Source: Octopus sinensis (Eukaryota). Taken from it: a DNA stretch of 64,000 bases. The translations under genes were made by a program, and so were the position numbers. How positions within the stretch are numbered: the first letter of the stretch is position 1; each line of letters begins with the position of its first letter. The stretch lies in assembly GCF_006345805.1 (NCBI RefSeq), contig NC_043009.1, positions 33,480,001 through 33,544,000 of the forward strand. The letters are read 5' to 3'. Of this stretch, positions 37,094 through 50,329 are shown one piece after another. The notes beneath the pieces were generated by a model. It ran no database searches, was not told the origin of the DNA, and saw only the letters and a list, made by a program, of their open reading frames with translations.

Positions 37094-37462
37094 GGCGTAG
37101 TAGTGGCTGTGTGGTAAGAAGCTTGCATCACAACCACATTGTTTCTGGTTCAGTCCCACTGCATGGCACTCTTGGACAAGCATCTTCTACTATAGCAAAC
37201 CAAATCCTTGTGAGTAGATTTGGTAGACGGAAACTGAAAGTAGCCCCTCGTATATATATACATATATGTTTATGCGTGTGTGTATTACAATTTTTTTTTT
37301 TACTATTTCTGTCATCCAAAACCCCTCACAAGGCTTTGGTCTACTCAAGGCTATAGTAGAAGACACTTGCCCTTGGTTCCACACAGAACCATGCGGTTGG
37401 GAACTGAATACGGAACCATGCGGTTGGGAAGCAAATTTCTTATCACGCAGCCATGCCTACAC
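37094..37462. mobile_element. Two degenerate SINE A heads in convergent orientation (37094-37252 +, 37322-37462 -)
   Basis: Both match the family A 5' region with internal deletions. Confidence 0.7.
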
Positions 37463-38319
37463 CTATAAGGATTAATCTATTTCAAATATTTATATTTACA
37501 CTGATATACGCAGACCGAACAGGTTTTTGTGATTATTATTTACATCACTGTTTGATTAATTTCAAACGAAATCGTCGTCTGGTTTTCTTATTCCTGAAAT
37601 ATGCTGAGAGTGGCGAACTGGGCGTAGTGCTGGCATCGTGGATAAGAACGTTACTGCCATTAGTTTAGAAGTAAAGGTTCCTAGTTCGAACCCAGTCCGT
37701 ACTTATACGTATCTAGAAATAAAACCCCAGATAACAATCGAAGTATTATGAATATTCAAATATTGATTTCTAACAAAACCACAAAACCATAAATTTTAAA
37801 CGAGCGAGGTTACTGTCGATTGCATCTGCCACAGTATATAACTGGTACTTTAATGAGGCTGAATTCAGAATGTAAAAAGCAGCATCTTGGATTGGTTCTT
37901 TCGTTGTTATCGCCTACTTTGCTATTTATTTTTCATACCAGTGGCGTCCCTATGTATCCACCGCACCTCCCAGTTCTGATCAATTACGTGTTGGAATGTG
38001 TTCACGTGTTGTATGTAAGACAATACTCTCGTAGAAAACCATGAAATCCACCAAAAAATACCGTTTTAGCTTCACTGTAATTAAGTTTCATGGCTAATTT
38101 AGATAATATTATCGCTAATCGGCAACCAATGCTCTCATTCTTGAATATAATTAAACTAAGTAACTGCCGTGTGTATAATTACTACCTCGAAACACAAAAC
38201 TCTCGAGTTACTGAAGAGACGTTTGTTTCAACCGTTTTTGTCCAAAATGAGAAATAAAGTTGAGAGGTGGTTGTTGACAGTATTGCTGCCAGTGACACAA
38301 GTCCATCTAGGTAGCAATA

Positions 38320-40020
38320 TATTTCTGTGCGATCTATCTAGCTGTGATCAATCTGTGGACTGTTTATTTATAGTCTATATTTAAGCTACGCTTCTATTTC
38401 CACTCTATCAAGATGTGATCTCCATAGCTAAGGTTTATCTACTGTCTGTCAATTTGTGTTTTATCTTTAATCTATCCCTCTATAAAGTTTATCTATGTGT
38501 GATCTACATAGCCGTCGTCTATCTGTGGTCTATTTATTTGTGGTCTGACTATTCGTGGTCTATCTACAATCTACCTTTCTATCACCCAGTATCTTCAATC
38601 TATCTCACTGTGGCCTATCTAGCTGTGACCCATTCAACTGCAGCATAACTGTAGACTTTCTAACTGTCGTCTGTTTTGCTGTGGTTTATCTTCAAGACTT
38701 CAAGATAAGCCATCCTCCTAGATTTAATCAAACCGTGGATTATCGAGCAATACAATGGTCTATCTAGCTACATCAAGTTTTGCTCAGCCTGCCAATTATC
38801 TATTTACCTGTGGTCTTTCTTTTAGTCAACGAAGTATAGTCTATCTAGTCATGATCTATCTATTATCGAGGTAGCAATGGTCTAACTATTTATGGTATAT
38901 ATTGCTATAGACCGGTTGTTGTCTGTCTAGTTGCGATCTGTCTAACTCAGACATAGCAAGTAATGGTTTTCTATATGCGGTCTATCAGAAACTAGTCGAT
39001 CTAACTTCAGTCTAACTGCTCGTCTGAGTTCTATCGAACTGCGTTGTGTCTAGTTGTTGTCTATTTGTCTTTAACAGTAAGCTATCTACGGTCAAATTTT
39101 GGTATATCTAAAATATATATAACACTGGTCTATCTGGCCAATAATGCTCCAGCTGTGGTGCATCAGATCGACGGGTATATAGCTGTAGTCTATTTGAATG
39201 TTGTGAATATAAATGTAGAATATCTAACTATGGTCTAACTGTGGTCTGTGATCTAGTTGTGGTTTATCTAAGTTTGTCATATGTAATTGATGTCTATGTA
39301 GTTGTGGTCAGTCAAGCTGTGTCATTTAACTATTGTCCATCTAACTACGATATATCTAGGTATGGTTAATATTTCTTTGATATAACTTTAATCCAGTCTA
39401 TCTAACTATACAAAGGTCTATCTAGTTGTAGCTTAAAAATGGTCTAACTAGTTATATTTTAACTGGTGGTGATCTATGTATCAGTGTCTGCTAGGTAATT
39501 GTGATTTACCAAACTGTGGTCTATATTTCCGATATCTGATTAGCAATCGTCTATCTTAATATGATCTATGTAGCCACTGTTTATCTAGTTATGGTCTATA
39601 TTGCTGTTTTTGTCTGTCTAATTAAGATCTATCCATATGTGATTTCTCTGGCTGTAACCTATCTCGGTTTGTTCTATCTATCTGTGGTATATTTAGCTGG
39701 ATAAGGCGGCGAGCTGGCAGAAACGTTAGCACGCCGGGCGAAATGCTTAGCGGTATTTCGTCTGCCGTTACGTTGTGAGTTCAAATTCCGCTGAGGTCGA
39801 CTTTGCTTTTCATCCTTCGGGGACGATAAATTAAGTACCAGTTACGCACTGGGGTCGATGTAATTGACTTAATACCCATGTCTGTCCGTGTTTGTCCCCT
39901 CTGTGTTTAGCCCCTTGTGAGTAATAAAGAAATAGGTATATTTAGCTGTGTCTATCCTGGCTGTAATCTATCTCGGTTTGGTTTAGTTGTCTGTGATATA
40001 TCGTGGTCTGTTCGGTTTTG
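38320..40020. repeat. Degenerate ~15-bp minisatellite array (consensus approx. gctgtggtctatcta)
   Basis: Many gtggtctatcta / gtgatctatcta variants over ~1.7 kb; interrupted by SINE B at 39704. Confidence 0.8.
39704..39940 (+). mobile_element. SINE B (B1), full length, with 14-bp target-site duplication
   Basis: Head ggcggcgagctggcagaaacg, B-box-like gagttcaaattcc. ggtatatttagctg occurs at both 39686-39699 and 39935-39948. Confidence 0.9.
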
Positions 40021-40444
40021 TGTGTTACGTACTTTATAAAAATGTAAGTATTTATAACAACGTCGCTTTGCTAATCATTTACAACTGGGTGGATTGCTAA
40101 ATAGATACATCAAGATGGAATCGGTAAATACATTCAAAATTAGCTGGAATTTTGAAATAAATGGAACATTCTCTTTCATAATTTTGAAATAATATCAGAG
40201 CCTGACCGCGACAAATTTTCAAACGACTGGCTATTGCACAGTCAATTCAGTGCTTGACCCCTAACAAAATATATCGGCAACTTTTCAGATCATCTCTGCT
40301 GCCTGATAAATAAAACAGATTAGTTTTAGTTTTAAGATATACCACAGGACACTGCCATAGCAGGGATTCGAACTCATAATAATCGGTTTTACACTGAGTT
40401 GGGAGAAGTTTTAATCTTGTGAATATAACAAGGTATTTCTGACT

Positions 40445-40497
<53 letters not shown>

Positions 40498-41271
40498 TGT
40501 GTGTGTTTGTGTGTGTGTGTGTGTGTGTGTTGTGTGTGTGTGTGTGTGCGTGCGCGTATGTGAGTGCATGCGTGCGTGGCGAGAGAGAGAGAAAGAGAAA
40601 ACAAAAAAGAGAAAAAGACTGAAAGAGTGAAAGAAAGAGAGGCAGAGAAAGAAAGAAAAACTGGGCAAAACGAAGGGCGCCGGGGAGAAGGAAGAGGAAA
40701 GACAGAAGAGTGAGAGGGAGGGAAGGAGAAAGAAGTAAAGATAAGTGAAGCGAGGGGGAGGAGTGAGCAATGCACACAGACACACGGACACGCAGACACA
40801 CCGACAGACAGGACGAAATGATGCGGAACAAAAGATAAACAAAAACACTAACACAGATAATAATTATTGAAGTCAATTAGCAACAATTATATTGAAAAGT
40901 GTTTGTATTTGAAATTTATTTTCGTTTTTCTAATGAGCACAACCTGAACGGTTTCCCTCCGTATAAATATTTGTCTCTATGTGGCTGTTAATACGGTTAT
41001 GTACATACAGGGATTTTACATTTAACGGTCAATGTTCGCGGGGTAAAATGGAAGAATAGTTGACTCTTATTTATTCGTTCATTTGTTGTTGTTGTTGTTG
41101 TTGTTATCATTTTTTCTTTTCTTTTCATTTTTTTTTTTGTAAACAAAACAGGCGTTTAATGTTTTAACAATTCCTCTTGGACTCCAAAATCAGGCACACA
41201 TTTTCAATGTCTTCATGTTAGACGAGGCACTTGTAGGATCCCACACCATTTTTACTTTCCTCTGATCTCAT

Positions 41272-41302
<31 letters not shown>

Positions 41303-41383
41303 TGTAAGTGTATTGTATTCTATATTACATATATATATATATATACACACAAATGCGTACATACGAACATGTGTGTGTGTGTG

Positions 41384-41437
<54 letters not shown>

Positions 41438-41936
41438 ATAAAAAGCTGAGATTTTAAAATCGACATTACTCTGAATTTTGTCTTACTGCCGTTTTCAAAC
41501 AACTATATTCATAATGAAATTTTAGTCTTACTGAAAAGCGGTAACGCGAAACTCGGAGTAATATCGATTTCCAAAGTATGGCATTATTTATTTTACGTTA
41601 TGTGTTGAGTACTCTTTCCTCACACTTGTATATATAAGGATATATATATATAGAGAGAGAGATAGAAATATATACATAAATATACTTATTATTGTAGTTG
41701 GAAATTCAATGCTTCACAGTGATAGGTGGTTTCATCCTTATATATGAATCCTCAGTGTGAGATAAAGCCACTCTGCTCTGTGCTGGATTGAACCTTTTAA
41801 CTCCGATAATAAACTTTTATTCTATAAACGTATTGAGTCATTTCTGCTTTGGAGGTAGTACTACCTTGTGCATATAAATTACTCTCCTACAAACTACATA
41901 CATGTGTGGTGTGTCTATATATATATATTATATATC

Positions 41937-41983
<47 letters not shown>

Positions 41984-42054
41984 AATATATATATAATATA
42001 TAATATATATATATATATTATATAATATATATATATGTGTTGTGTGTGTATATA

Positions 42055-42094
<40 letters not shown>

Positions 42095-42656
42095 TATATA
42101 TATATATATATATATATATGATGTTCAGTTAATTGAAGGAAACAAAATGGAGAGTTGAATTGGAGAGGGAAACATCCGTTTCCATTAGTGCCCAATGGAT
42201 AAATTAAAGATTTAAGCATTAGATTTGCATTTATATGCTATGAGCATAATTTCTTCAGAGAAACGGCTGTAAGAAGTAAAGATTACCAATTTGTTAATAA
42301 TAAATAATTATTAACTTTCAACTCACCATTTTCTTTCCTTCCGCTAACTGAACATAAATTATATGCTAACTATATACTTATTGATTTAAGGAAATTTCAT
42401 TTCCCAAAAATACTAGGTATAGAACCAGTATTCCTTGGAAGTAACCATCCCTTTATGAGGTTAACATATCCTCTAAGCAAATTTATACATATATATATAT
42501 ATATATAATAAATTATATATATATATATATATTAATATATATAAAAGCTGAAACCGGTACTAAAATATACTTCATGATAAAATTATTTTAGCATTTTCTA
42601 CCTTGTCTTATTTTCCTTATTCATATCAACTCGTGTGTTACTTTTCAAGCTTCTGC

Positions 42657-42695
<39 letters not shown>

Positions 42696-42696
42696 C

Positions 42697-42738
<42 letters not shown>

Positions 42739-42836
42739 AGTGTGTGTGTGTGTTGTGTGTGGTATGTGTGTATGTGTGCGTGTGTGTGTGTGTAATATAT
42801 ATATATATATGTGTGCATGCATGTATATATTGTATA

Positions 42837-42869
<33 letters not shown>

Positions 42870-43283
42870 ACACATATAAATGCATATAGACAAATAAACA
42901 CACTCAGGCACGCGTACACGCGCACACACACACATACACACACATGGGCTATTGCTGATCTTACCGACAAGCGACAGCCATGACTGAGTTTCGTGTAAAA
43001 GTGATGCCCTATCCTAATCAGACACGTACGTTATGAGTCTAAGTTGAACACTGCCAAAAGTAGCTTCTGTAGCAGTCATTTTTTGCAATGTTCAGCCTGG
43101 GTTTATAGACATGTCCATCTGATGAGTGTAAACAATCACTTCTACACGAAACTCCGAATCATGACGATCATCTGTCAGCATAATCGTCACCAAACTATAT
43201 TATACACCCTTACTATACTCATATAGAAGAGTGCTCTTTGATTTGACTAAAAACCACAACCGATCACACATACACATATATGC

Positions 43284-43315
<32 letters not shown>

Positions 43316-43608
43316 ACACGTATACATAGTATTAGGTGGTCTGACATAAATTCTTTGTACAGCTCTCTTATATCAATCATTTTGTCACTCGTTTTGAATA
43401 ATTTCAAACCTTTGCCACCGCCAAGTAGTTATTTAAACGAGACTCAGTCAAGCCGGTGGCAAACTTTCCTTTACCGTTTCCCGCCACCGAGCTCACTTCC
43501 GTTCTCATCACTAAGACGTTAGTAATGATGAAATAACACCCGTTTTGTACCCTCAGAAGTGTTTTCTCTCGTAATTCAGGTCTTTTCGGTTGATATCTTT
43601 GATGTGGT

Positions 43609-44486
43609 TTATGTTTCACAAGAATCTGTCTGCGGTTGATTCGGATAGTGTGACAGCGGTAGACATTGTGTTTCTGCTTGAAGAAGTGGTTCCGTTAGGG
43701 GTTCGATGCCATTTTCTAGTGATCCAGATGGCGCTACATCGTTCACAATTTTTGATTGCAGTTGAATATTTTCTTGAGATTGAATTAAAGGTGTCGATAC
43801 GTGATTTGTCAATTCTAATTGATTATCTTGATTTGATTCTAAGTTTGGCTCCAGGGAAGGTAACGGTGATGGTATCGCTGTTGTTTGTGTTGCATCTTCT
43901 TTTCCATCAATTCCAATTATTACTGGATTTGCTGTTATTACTACAGGTGCTGCTTCTGTTGTCATACTGCTGCTGCTACTCCTTCGGTTGTTGCTATTTG
44001 AGTGGTCGTTGGTGTTTGTGGTGATGTTATTGTCGTCACAATGACGTCAGTTTCTTCAGCTGGTGTCTGTAATAACGTTGGGGTTAACGGTGTTATAGGG
44101 GTTGTCTCAGTTAAAGGGGAGGTGGCTGTGGAGGAGGGACTAACACTCCGTATTGGCTTGCGACTGGGTGGCGGAGGTGGTGCAGGTCGCGTTGGTCGTA
44201 GCAAAGGTGTTGTCCTGCCTTGGATTGGAATTTGGAGCAGCAAAGATGGCGGTTCCACACGACGAGAACTTAATCGACGCTGAGCATTGTTATTATTGTC
44301 TCGTTGGTTCTGTGACAATGAACCAACGGACAATCTTTGATCTGTGTATCCATTCTGAAGTCTTCCAGGAATATCCAGTAGAATCGATGGCGACCGCTGT
44401 TGGAAACGTATATGTTCGCCTTCACCAACGGAGGAACTGCCGGCTGTCGAGGTTCGAGATCGAGGGAGAGAAATCGTATCTGTAAG
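43609..44486 (-). CDS. Terminal coding exon of the SH3 gene, Pro/Ser/Thr-rich, with apparent 1-nt frameshift at 43965-43962
   Basis: Acceptor tttgtag|CTT ACA GAT opens 174 codons (LTDTISLPRSRTSTAGSSS...RPTRPAPPPPPSRKP...TTEGVAAAV*). An overlapping frame continues for 118 aa (MTTEAAPVV...TDSCET*). Non-repetitive, comparatively GC-rich island in AT-rich microsatellite DNA. Confidence 0.75.
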
Positions 44487-44513
44487 CTACAAATAATAAT
44501 AAAAATAATAATG

Positions 44514-44549
<36 letters not shown>

Positions 44550-44625
44550 TAAAATAATAATGTATAATAATAATAATAATAATATAATAATAATATAATA
44601 TAATATAAAATAGTAGTAATAATAA

Positions 44626-45110
44626 TGTTTTTGTCATTGGTATAAAAGATGGGCCACAGCAAATATTCTGCTCAGTACCAAAGATTTGCTTGTCAGTGTG
44701 TGACCTTAACCAGTTGAGCATGTCCCTTAGTGGCTGACGATATGTGCATCTCTGATCACGAGCAGAAATAGTGGGGGGGAGCATCATAGCCATGTGTTGA
44801 GAGGGATTCTTTGGGGTTTGAATAATTCACCTCTGAAAACATGGGTTGTTCTTTCAACATCCTTAAACAACCCTTATTCAGGGACCTTTTGAGCGGGATG
44901 GGCTACTCAACCTGAAGAAATTTCTAACTGGGCCCCACCTGCAAGGTCATGTACTGTTTATCTTGATATGAGATCACCATGTCGCGCACATATGGTTGTG
45001 ATGCATGAGCCTAGTGTACCCTTATCGGACGGGTAGTCATGATGGGTATACTGGGTTTCGTATATTTTACCCCAGTGTCACTTTGATGGCATGCACTGCT
45101 CTCTCACTCA
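44626..45110 (+). mobile_element. Unclassified ~480-bp non-coding interspersed repeat between two (AAT)n tracts
   Basis: Sharp compositional boundaries; ends ...gcactgctctctcactc(aat)n like a retroposon tail; no coding signature. Confidence 0.55.
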
Positions 45111-45134
45111 ATAATAATAATAATAATAATAATA

Positions 45135-45168
<34 letters not shown>

Positions 45169-45294
45169 GACATTAAAAATACAAACATCATCAATTCGAA
45201 TAAAAATTGGGTCAGAAAATCTATTACCTTGTCTTACAGGGGTTTTATGCACCCACATACACACACGTCTCTGTCACTCCTAAAAGTACAAACA

Positions 45295-45655
45295 GGCGCA
45301 GGAGTGACTGTGTGGTAAGTAGCTTGCTTACCAACCACATGGCTCCGGGTTCAGTCTCACTGCGTGGCACCTTGGGCAAATGTCTCCTACTATAGCCTCG
45401 GGCCGACCAAAGCCTTGTGAATGGATTTGGTAGATGGAAACTGAAAGGAGCCTGTTGTGTGTGTGTGTGTGTGTGTGTGTCCGGCCGCCATCACTTGACA
45501 AATGATGCTGGTGTGTTTACGTTCCCGTATTCTAGCGGTTCGGCAAAACAGACCGATAGAATGAGTACTAGGCTTACAAAAGAATAAGTCTAAAACCTTT
45601 GAAGGCGCCGCTCCAGCATGGCTGCGGTCTAATAACTGAATGAAGTCAAAGACGA
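45295..45655 (+). mobile_element. SINE A, near full length
   Basis: ggcgcaggagtgactgtgtggtaag head through cagcatggctgcggtc tail region. Confidence 0.82.
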
Positions 45656-46297
45656 AAGCAGATGCTATCGTATACTAGGAAGTGTCAACAAGTTTCGTCG
45701 TACATCGAAGTTGGACACTTGGGAAATATTTTAATGAAATGGTTGCAATGAAAACCAAGAATTTCCTCTTCGGAAATTCTTGAACATTCACAGACAGAGA
45801 TTCGTTCCGTTGGTTAAACAGAAACTGTTTTTAGTACAACATGACAGGGCAATGAGTCAGGTGAGCAGTGGAGAAGGAGCGGGGGTAATTGTATAGGTGA
45901 GGGTGAGGGTGTGTGTGTTTGTCAGTGTGTTTGTGTGGGTGTGTAGGTGTGTGTGTGTGTCTGTATGTGTACGTGCGGGTGGTATGTGTGCCAGCAGGTG
46001 TGTGTGTGTGTGGTGTGTGTGTGTGTGTACGTGCGTGTGTGCTTGTATGTATAACGGCGTGGTTGTTTGTGGGTGGCAGTGTTTTATCGTCCATGTTGTT
46101 AATGGCCAACACAACAAAAACTACTACTACTACTACTACTACTACTAAAACCACCACCACCACTACCACTACTACTACTACTACTACACCAACCAACCAA
46201 CCAGCCAGCCAACCGGTCATTCCAGATGCTCTGCTCCGTTAACCTGTTCGTCCAGTCAATATTTAATGACACCTTCATTCCATAACTATGTCGTTCG

Positions 46298-46368
<71 letters not shown>

Positions 46369-46486
46369 TTTTTTTCCTTTTTTCTGTTTTCTTTTTTTTA
46401 TCTTTTCTTTCTTATTCTGACCGAACAACAACTCGTTAGCAATCGTTGATGATACTCTCTCATCAGCATAATTATTACACACTCCC

Positions 46487-46517
<31 letters not shown>

Positions 46518-46729
46518 TCAATTACCCCAACTCTTTCTTTGTCTTTCCAACGCATATATTACACACTCACACTTATTTATACACACACACACACGCACAC
46601 ACACACATATATATATGCGTGTGTGTCTGTGTGTGCATGTATATAAACAAATATTTACATATATACATATATAAATTTATATGTATATATATATATATAA
46701 ACATGTATATGCATATATGTGTGTCATAT

Positions 46730-47003
46730 ATATAGATAGTAGATAGATATAGATAGATAGATAGTATATAGATAGATATAGATAGATAGATATTAATAGA
46801 TAGATGATAGATAGATAGTATAGATAATAGATATAGATAGATAGATAGATATAGATAGATAGATAGATAGATAGATGATAATAGATAGATAGATAGATGA
46901 TAGATATAGATATGATAGATCGATAGATAGATAGATAGATAGATAGATATAGATAGATAGTTAGATAGATAGATAGATATAGATAGATAGATAGATAGAT
47001 AGT

Positions 47004-47047
<44 letters not shown>

Positions 47048-47077
47048 AGATAGATAGATATAGATAGATAGATAGAT

Positions 47078-47114
<37 letters not shown>

Positions 47115-47120
47115 GATAGA
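46730..47120. repeat. Long degenerate (GATA)n microsatellite
   Basis: Direct reading. Other (GATA)n tracts at 22770-22852, 49733-49775, 49975-50030, 53030-53075. Confidence 0.95.
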
Positions 47121-48179
47121 TATGCGTGCGTGTATGCATATATATATCTACGTATGTATCTGTATGCATGTATGTATGTTTGTTCTCCGCGCTCTTTATT
47201 AACTAATTTCATTCCTTTAACCTGTTTCGTATTCAATCGATTTAGAATTCTTCTCAACTCATTCGCAAATTTCCTTCTCTTCATTATTCTCTCTTCTCTC
47301 CCACCATCCTTCATTCCACCACCCTCATTCATACCCGCCCATCCACCCTCAATTCCCTATCTTCTTTCTCTAATTATTTCGTTATCTCGAGCTATTTATT
47401 TTCCCACCCACACCTTCACTATCTCCAATACCACCACCACCACACCAGCACCACCACCACCATCATCATCATCACCACCATCATATATACATACATATAC
47501 ACATCAACAAGGATGTCCTATGTGGATGCTCGACTTGCAAGAAATAATAACCAAATACTTCTCGAATAATACGCCGTCACCTTAGAAAAGAAACCCCCTA
47601 TACACAGGGAAATACAGGACGGTCACGGTTGGGCTGTCTTTTATCTACTGGATCAAGGCTGACTTAGTGTTAAACAACACTGTCTACCCGGTTGTAAAAC
47701 CCTCTTCAATTTCCTACCAGCCACCCTTTACAATTTGTATATTAACTGTAACAATCTCTCCTGTTTTCATCTCTATCCACCCGCTTTTCACCCGTTTGCC
47801 AAATTAACAAGTTTCTTAAATGACTTTATTCATTTATTTATTCAGAAAATATGATAAAAAAAAAACTGACCAATTTAGACATATTGGGACAAATTGGTAG
47901 ATGTTATAAAACTCTGGCACGTGACTGCCGTGTGTATGTATACAGGTGTGTATGTGTACAGGTGTACGTGTCTGCGTCTACGCTATCTCTTACGCCGATA
48001 TGCTACGGAGGTCCATGCATATTCATAAAATCTCTATCACATGACTATAGCGCGCGCGCGTGTGTGTGTGTGTTTGTGCGCGTGTACATGTATGTAGGTC
48101 TATGCTATAATTTATATGGATATGTGACGTATATTTTTTTTTTATTTTGTCATATGACTAATACATTTGAATAATTAGA

Positions 48180-48358
48180 GCGTGCTTAGCGGCATTTTTT
48201 CGGACTCTTTACGTTCTGAGTTCAAATCCCGCCGAGGTCAATTTTGCCTTTCATCCTCTCGAGATAGATGTACCAGTGAAGTACTGGTGGGGTCGATGTA
48301 ATCGACTAAACGCCTTCTTCCTAAAATTGCTGATCGTGTGCCAACATTTGGAACCAAC
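48180..48358 (+). mobile_element. SINE B, 5'-truncated
   Basis: gcttagcggcatt...gagttcaaatcccgccgaggtc...gtgccaacatttggaacc. Confidence 0.72.
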
Positions 48359-49322
48359 ACATTTGCATGTACAACGATTAGTCATATCGCTCATATAAGT
48401 GTGTATATCGTATGAAACGTAAGTCACGTGACGTGTGAGGCTTGTTGGAGAATTCGGATGTGATAGTGAACTTTGAAATAATGTATTCCTAGATACACTA
48501 TGTCTCAATAAAAGACAGGATGGTGTCAAATAAAACACCGTTACATTAGAGGTCTGTTGAAATCAGCTCTGAACTAGGACTAAACAATAACAACAACAAG
48601 AATCCATAAACGATAACTAAGGAAGGACATACGAGGTAGTGTACTCCTAGATACACTTGTCTGAATATAAAACAAGACGTGAAATAACTTTTATCGCAAA
48701 GACTAGATGTTTGTATGGGTCATCTAATTTGGTTTCTATGACTGGGTGCCTTCCCTAATGCCAGCCACTTTATAGGGTGGACTGCGTGCATTTTCTCGTG
48801 GCACAGACACTAAAGAGGTTGGACAGCCTTCGGTGAGACAGGACAAGAAGGGCCTCGTAACACTACAATTTCTCTGCCTGGTTAACCAATCATTTTTATA
48901 TGTGAATTGTAGGTGGCACAATGATGGCGGAAATACCGGAAATGGGTATTAGAAAGACAGGGGAGAGGGCAGGGAGAGCAATGACATCAGAAGGATTAGA
49001 ATGGATGGGAGGGAAGAAGGAACAAGAATATGATGAGAAGAAGGCATGGATATGTAGAGGGGGCTGTTAGAGAAGAGTGATCCGCAAAAGCTGGATTGGC
49101 CAAAGGTAAAGGTGAGCAAGTGAAAGGAGAGAAAGTATGATGCAAAAGAAACGTAAGGACCGTTTGGGTGGAGTCGAGGGGAGAGAGACAGTAATTGGCA
49201 GTAGTAGAGGTGGGTGATATGAAAGGTAGCAATAGAAGTCATTCAGAGGGAGGGTGGTGAGAGGGGGAGAGAGAGGGAGCTAACTGGCAGATAAATAGAA
49301 AAAGGTAAAATTCGTGGCTGAC

Positions 49323-49492
49323 CTCTGAATGAGACCTTGACATTTGATTTTGTTGGTCATCTAAGTAATAGTTGTCTTGTATATCTTTGCTGACTCGTTT
49401 CTTGATCATAAATGAACTGACTCGAGGTTTCAGTCTCTGTAAGGTTGGAGTCTCTTTCTCGGTCTCTTCCTCAGATGCTTCGATCAAAGACG
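49323..49492 (-). CDS. Internal coding exon (170 nt, phase 1 to 0) of the SH3 gene
   Basis: Acceptor tttccctgttttccag|, donor tcagag|gtcagc. Open frame (A)SLIEASEEETEKETPTLQRLKPRVSSFMIKKRVSKDIQDNYYLDDQQNQMSRSHSE. Phase matches the SH3-exon donor upstream and the 44486 acceptor downstream. Confidence 0.75.
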
Positions 49493-49526
49493 CTGGAAAA
49501 CAGGGAAACGAGAATTGCATATAAAC

Positions 49527-49563
<37 letters not shown>

Positions 49564-49606
49564 GACAGAGAGACAAAGCGAGACAGAGAGACAAAGCGAG
49601 ACAGGG

Positions 49607-49644
<38 letters not shown>

Positions 49645-49731
49645 CATAAATATATACATGAATGTATGTGTGCATGTGCGTGCAAATACATAGATGATCA
49701 GATAAATATAGATTGGTACATACATACATAC

Positions 49732-49774
<43 letters not shown>

Positions 49775-49914
49775 TATATAGATATATATATACGTGCGTA
49801 CTTGTGTATGCATATAGGTAGATAAATAGATACATAGATACATAACTATATATACGTGTATATATGTGTGTGCATATTGACAGATGAAAAGGAAGATATT
49901 TATTAGATACACAG

Positions 49915-49945
<31 letters not shown>

Positions 49946-49973
49946 ATGAGTGAGATAGAGGCAGACAGACAGC

Positions 49974-50030
<57 letters not shown>

Positions 50031-50329
50031 GCGCTCATGCACATATGCATTCATGCAATCATGCACATATGCGCATATACATACACTATGCACATACATG
50101 CGCTCACGTATACATATGTTTATACATTAATACATGCATATATACATACGTACGTTCATACATGGATACAAACATCCATATACACACGTATGTGTGTCTC
50201 TATGTGTTCATGCAATGGTTAAACGAAAAGCGCTCACACATTAGAAAAATAACTTTTCAAAAAGGGTTAGTAACATTTTCATAATAGATTTCATAACATT
50301 TTGTTTTTTTCAAATAATTTTATAAAAAG

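Noticed and set aside
37610-37700. tRNA-like stretch with gttcgaacc B box
   Set aside because: No cloverleaf; likely a decayed SINE head. No true tRNA gene was found in the window.
38415-39238. AVVYL-type pentapeptide ORFs
   Set aside because: Short, stop-interrupted frames arising from the 15-bp satellite.
48730-49250. Possible RTE-type LINE 3' remnant
   Set aside because: Only loose resemblance; no clear motif in any frame.
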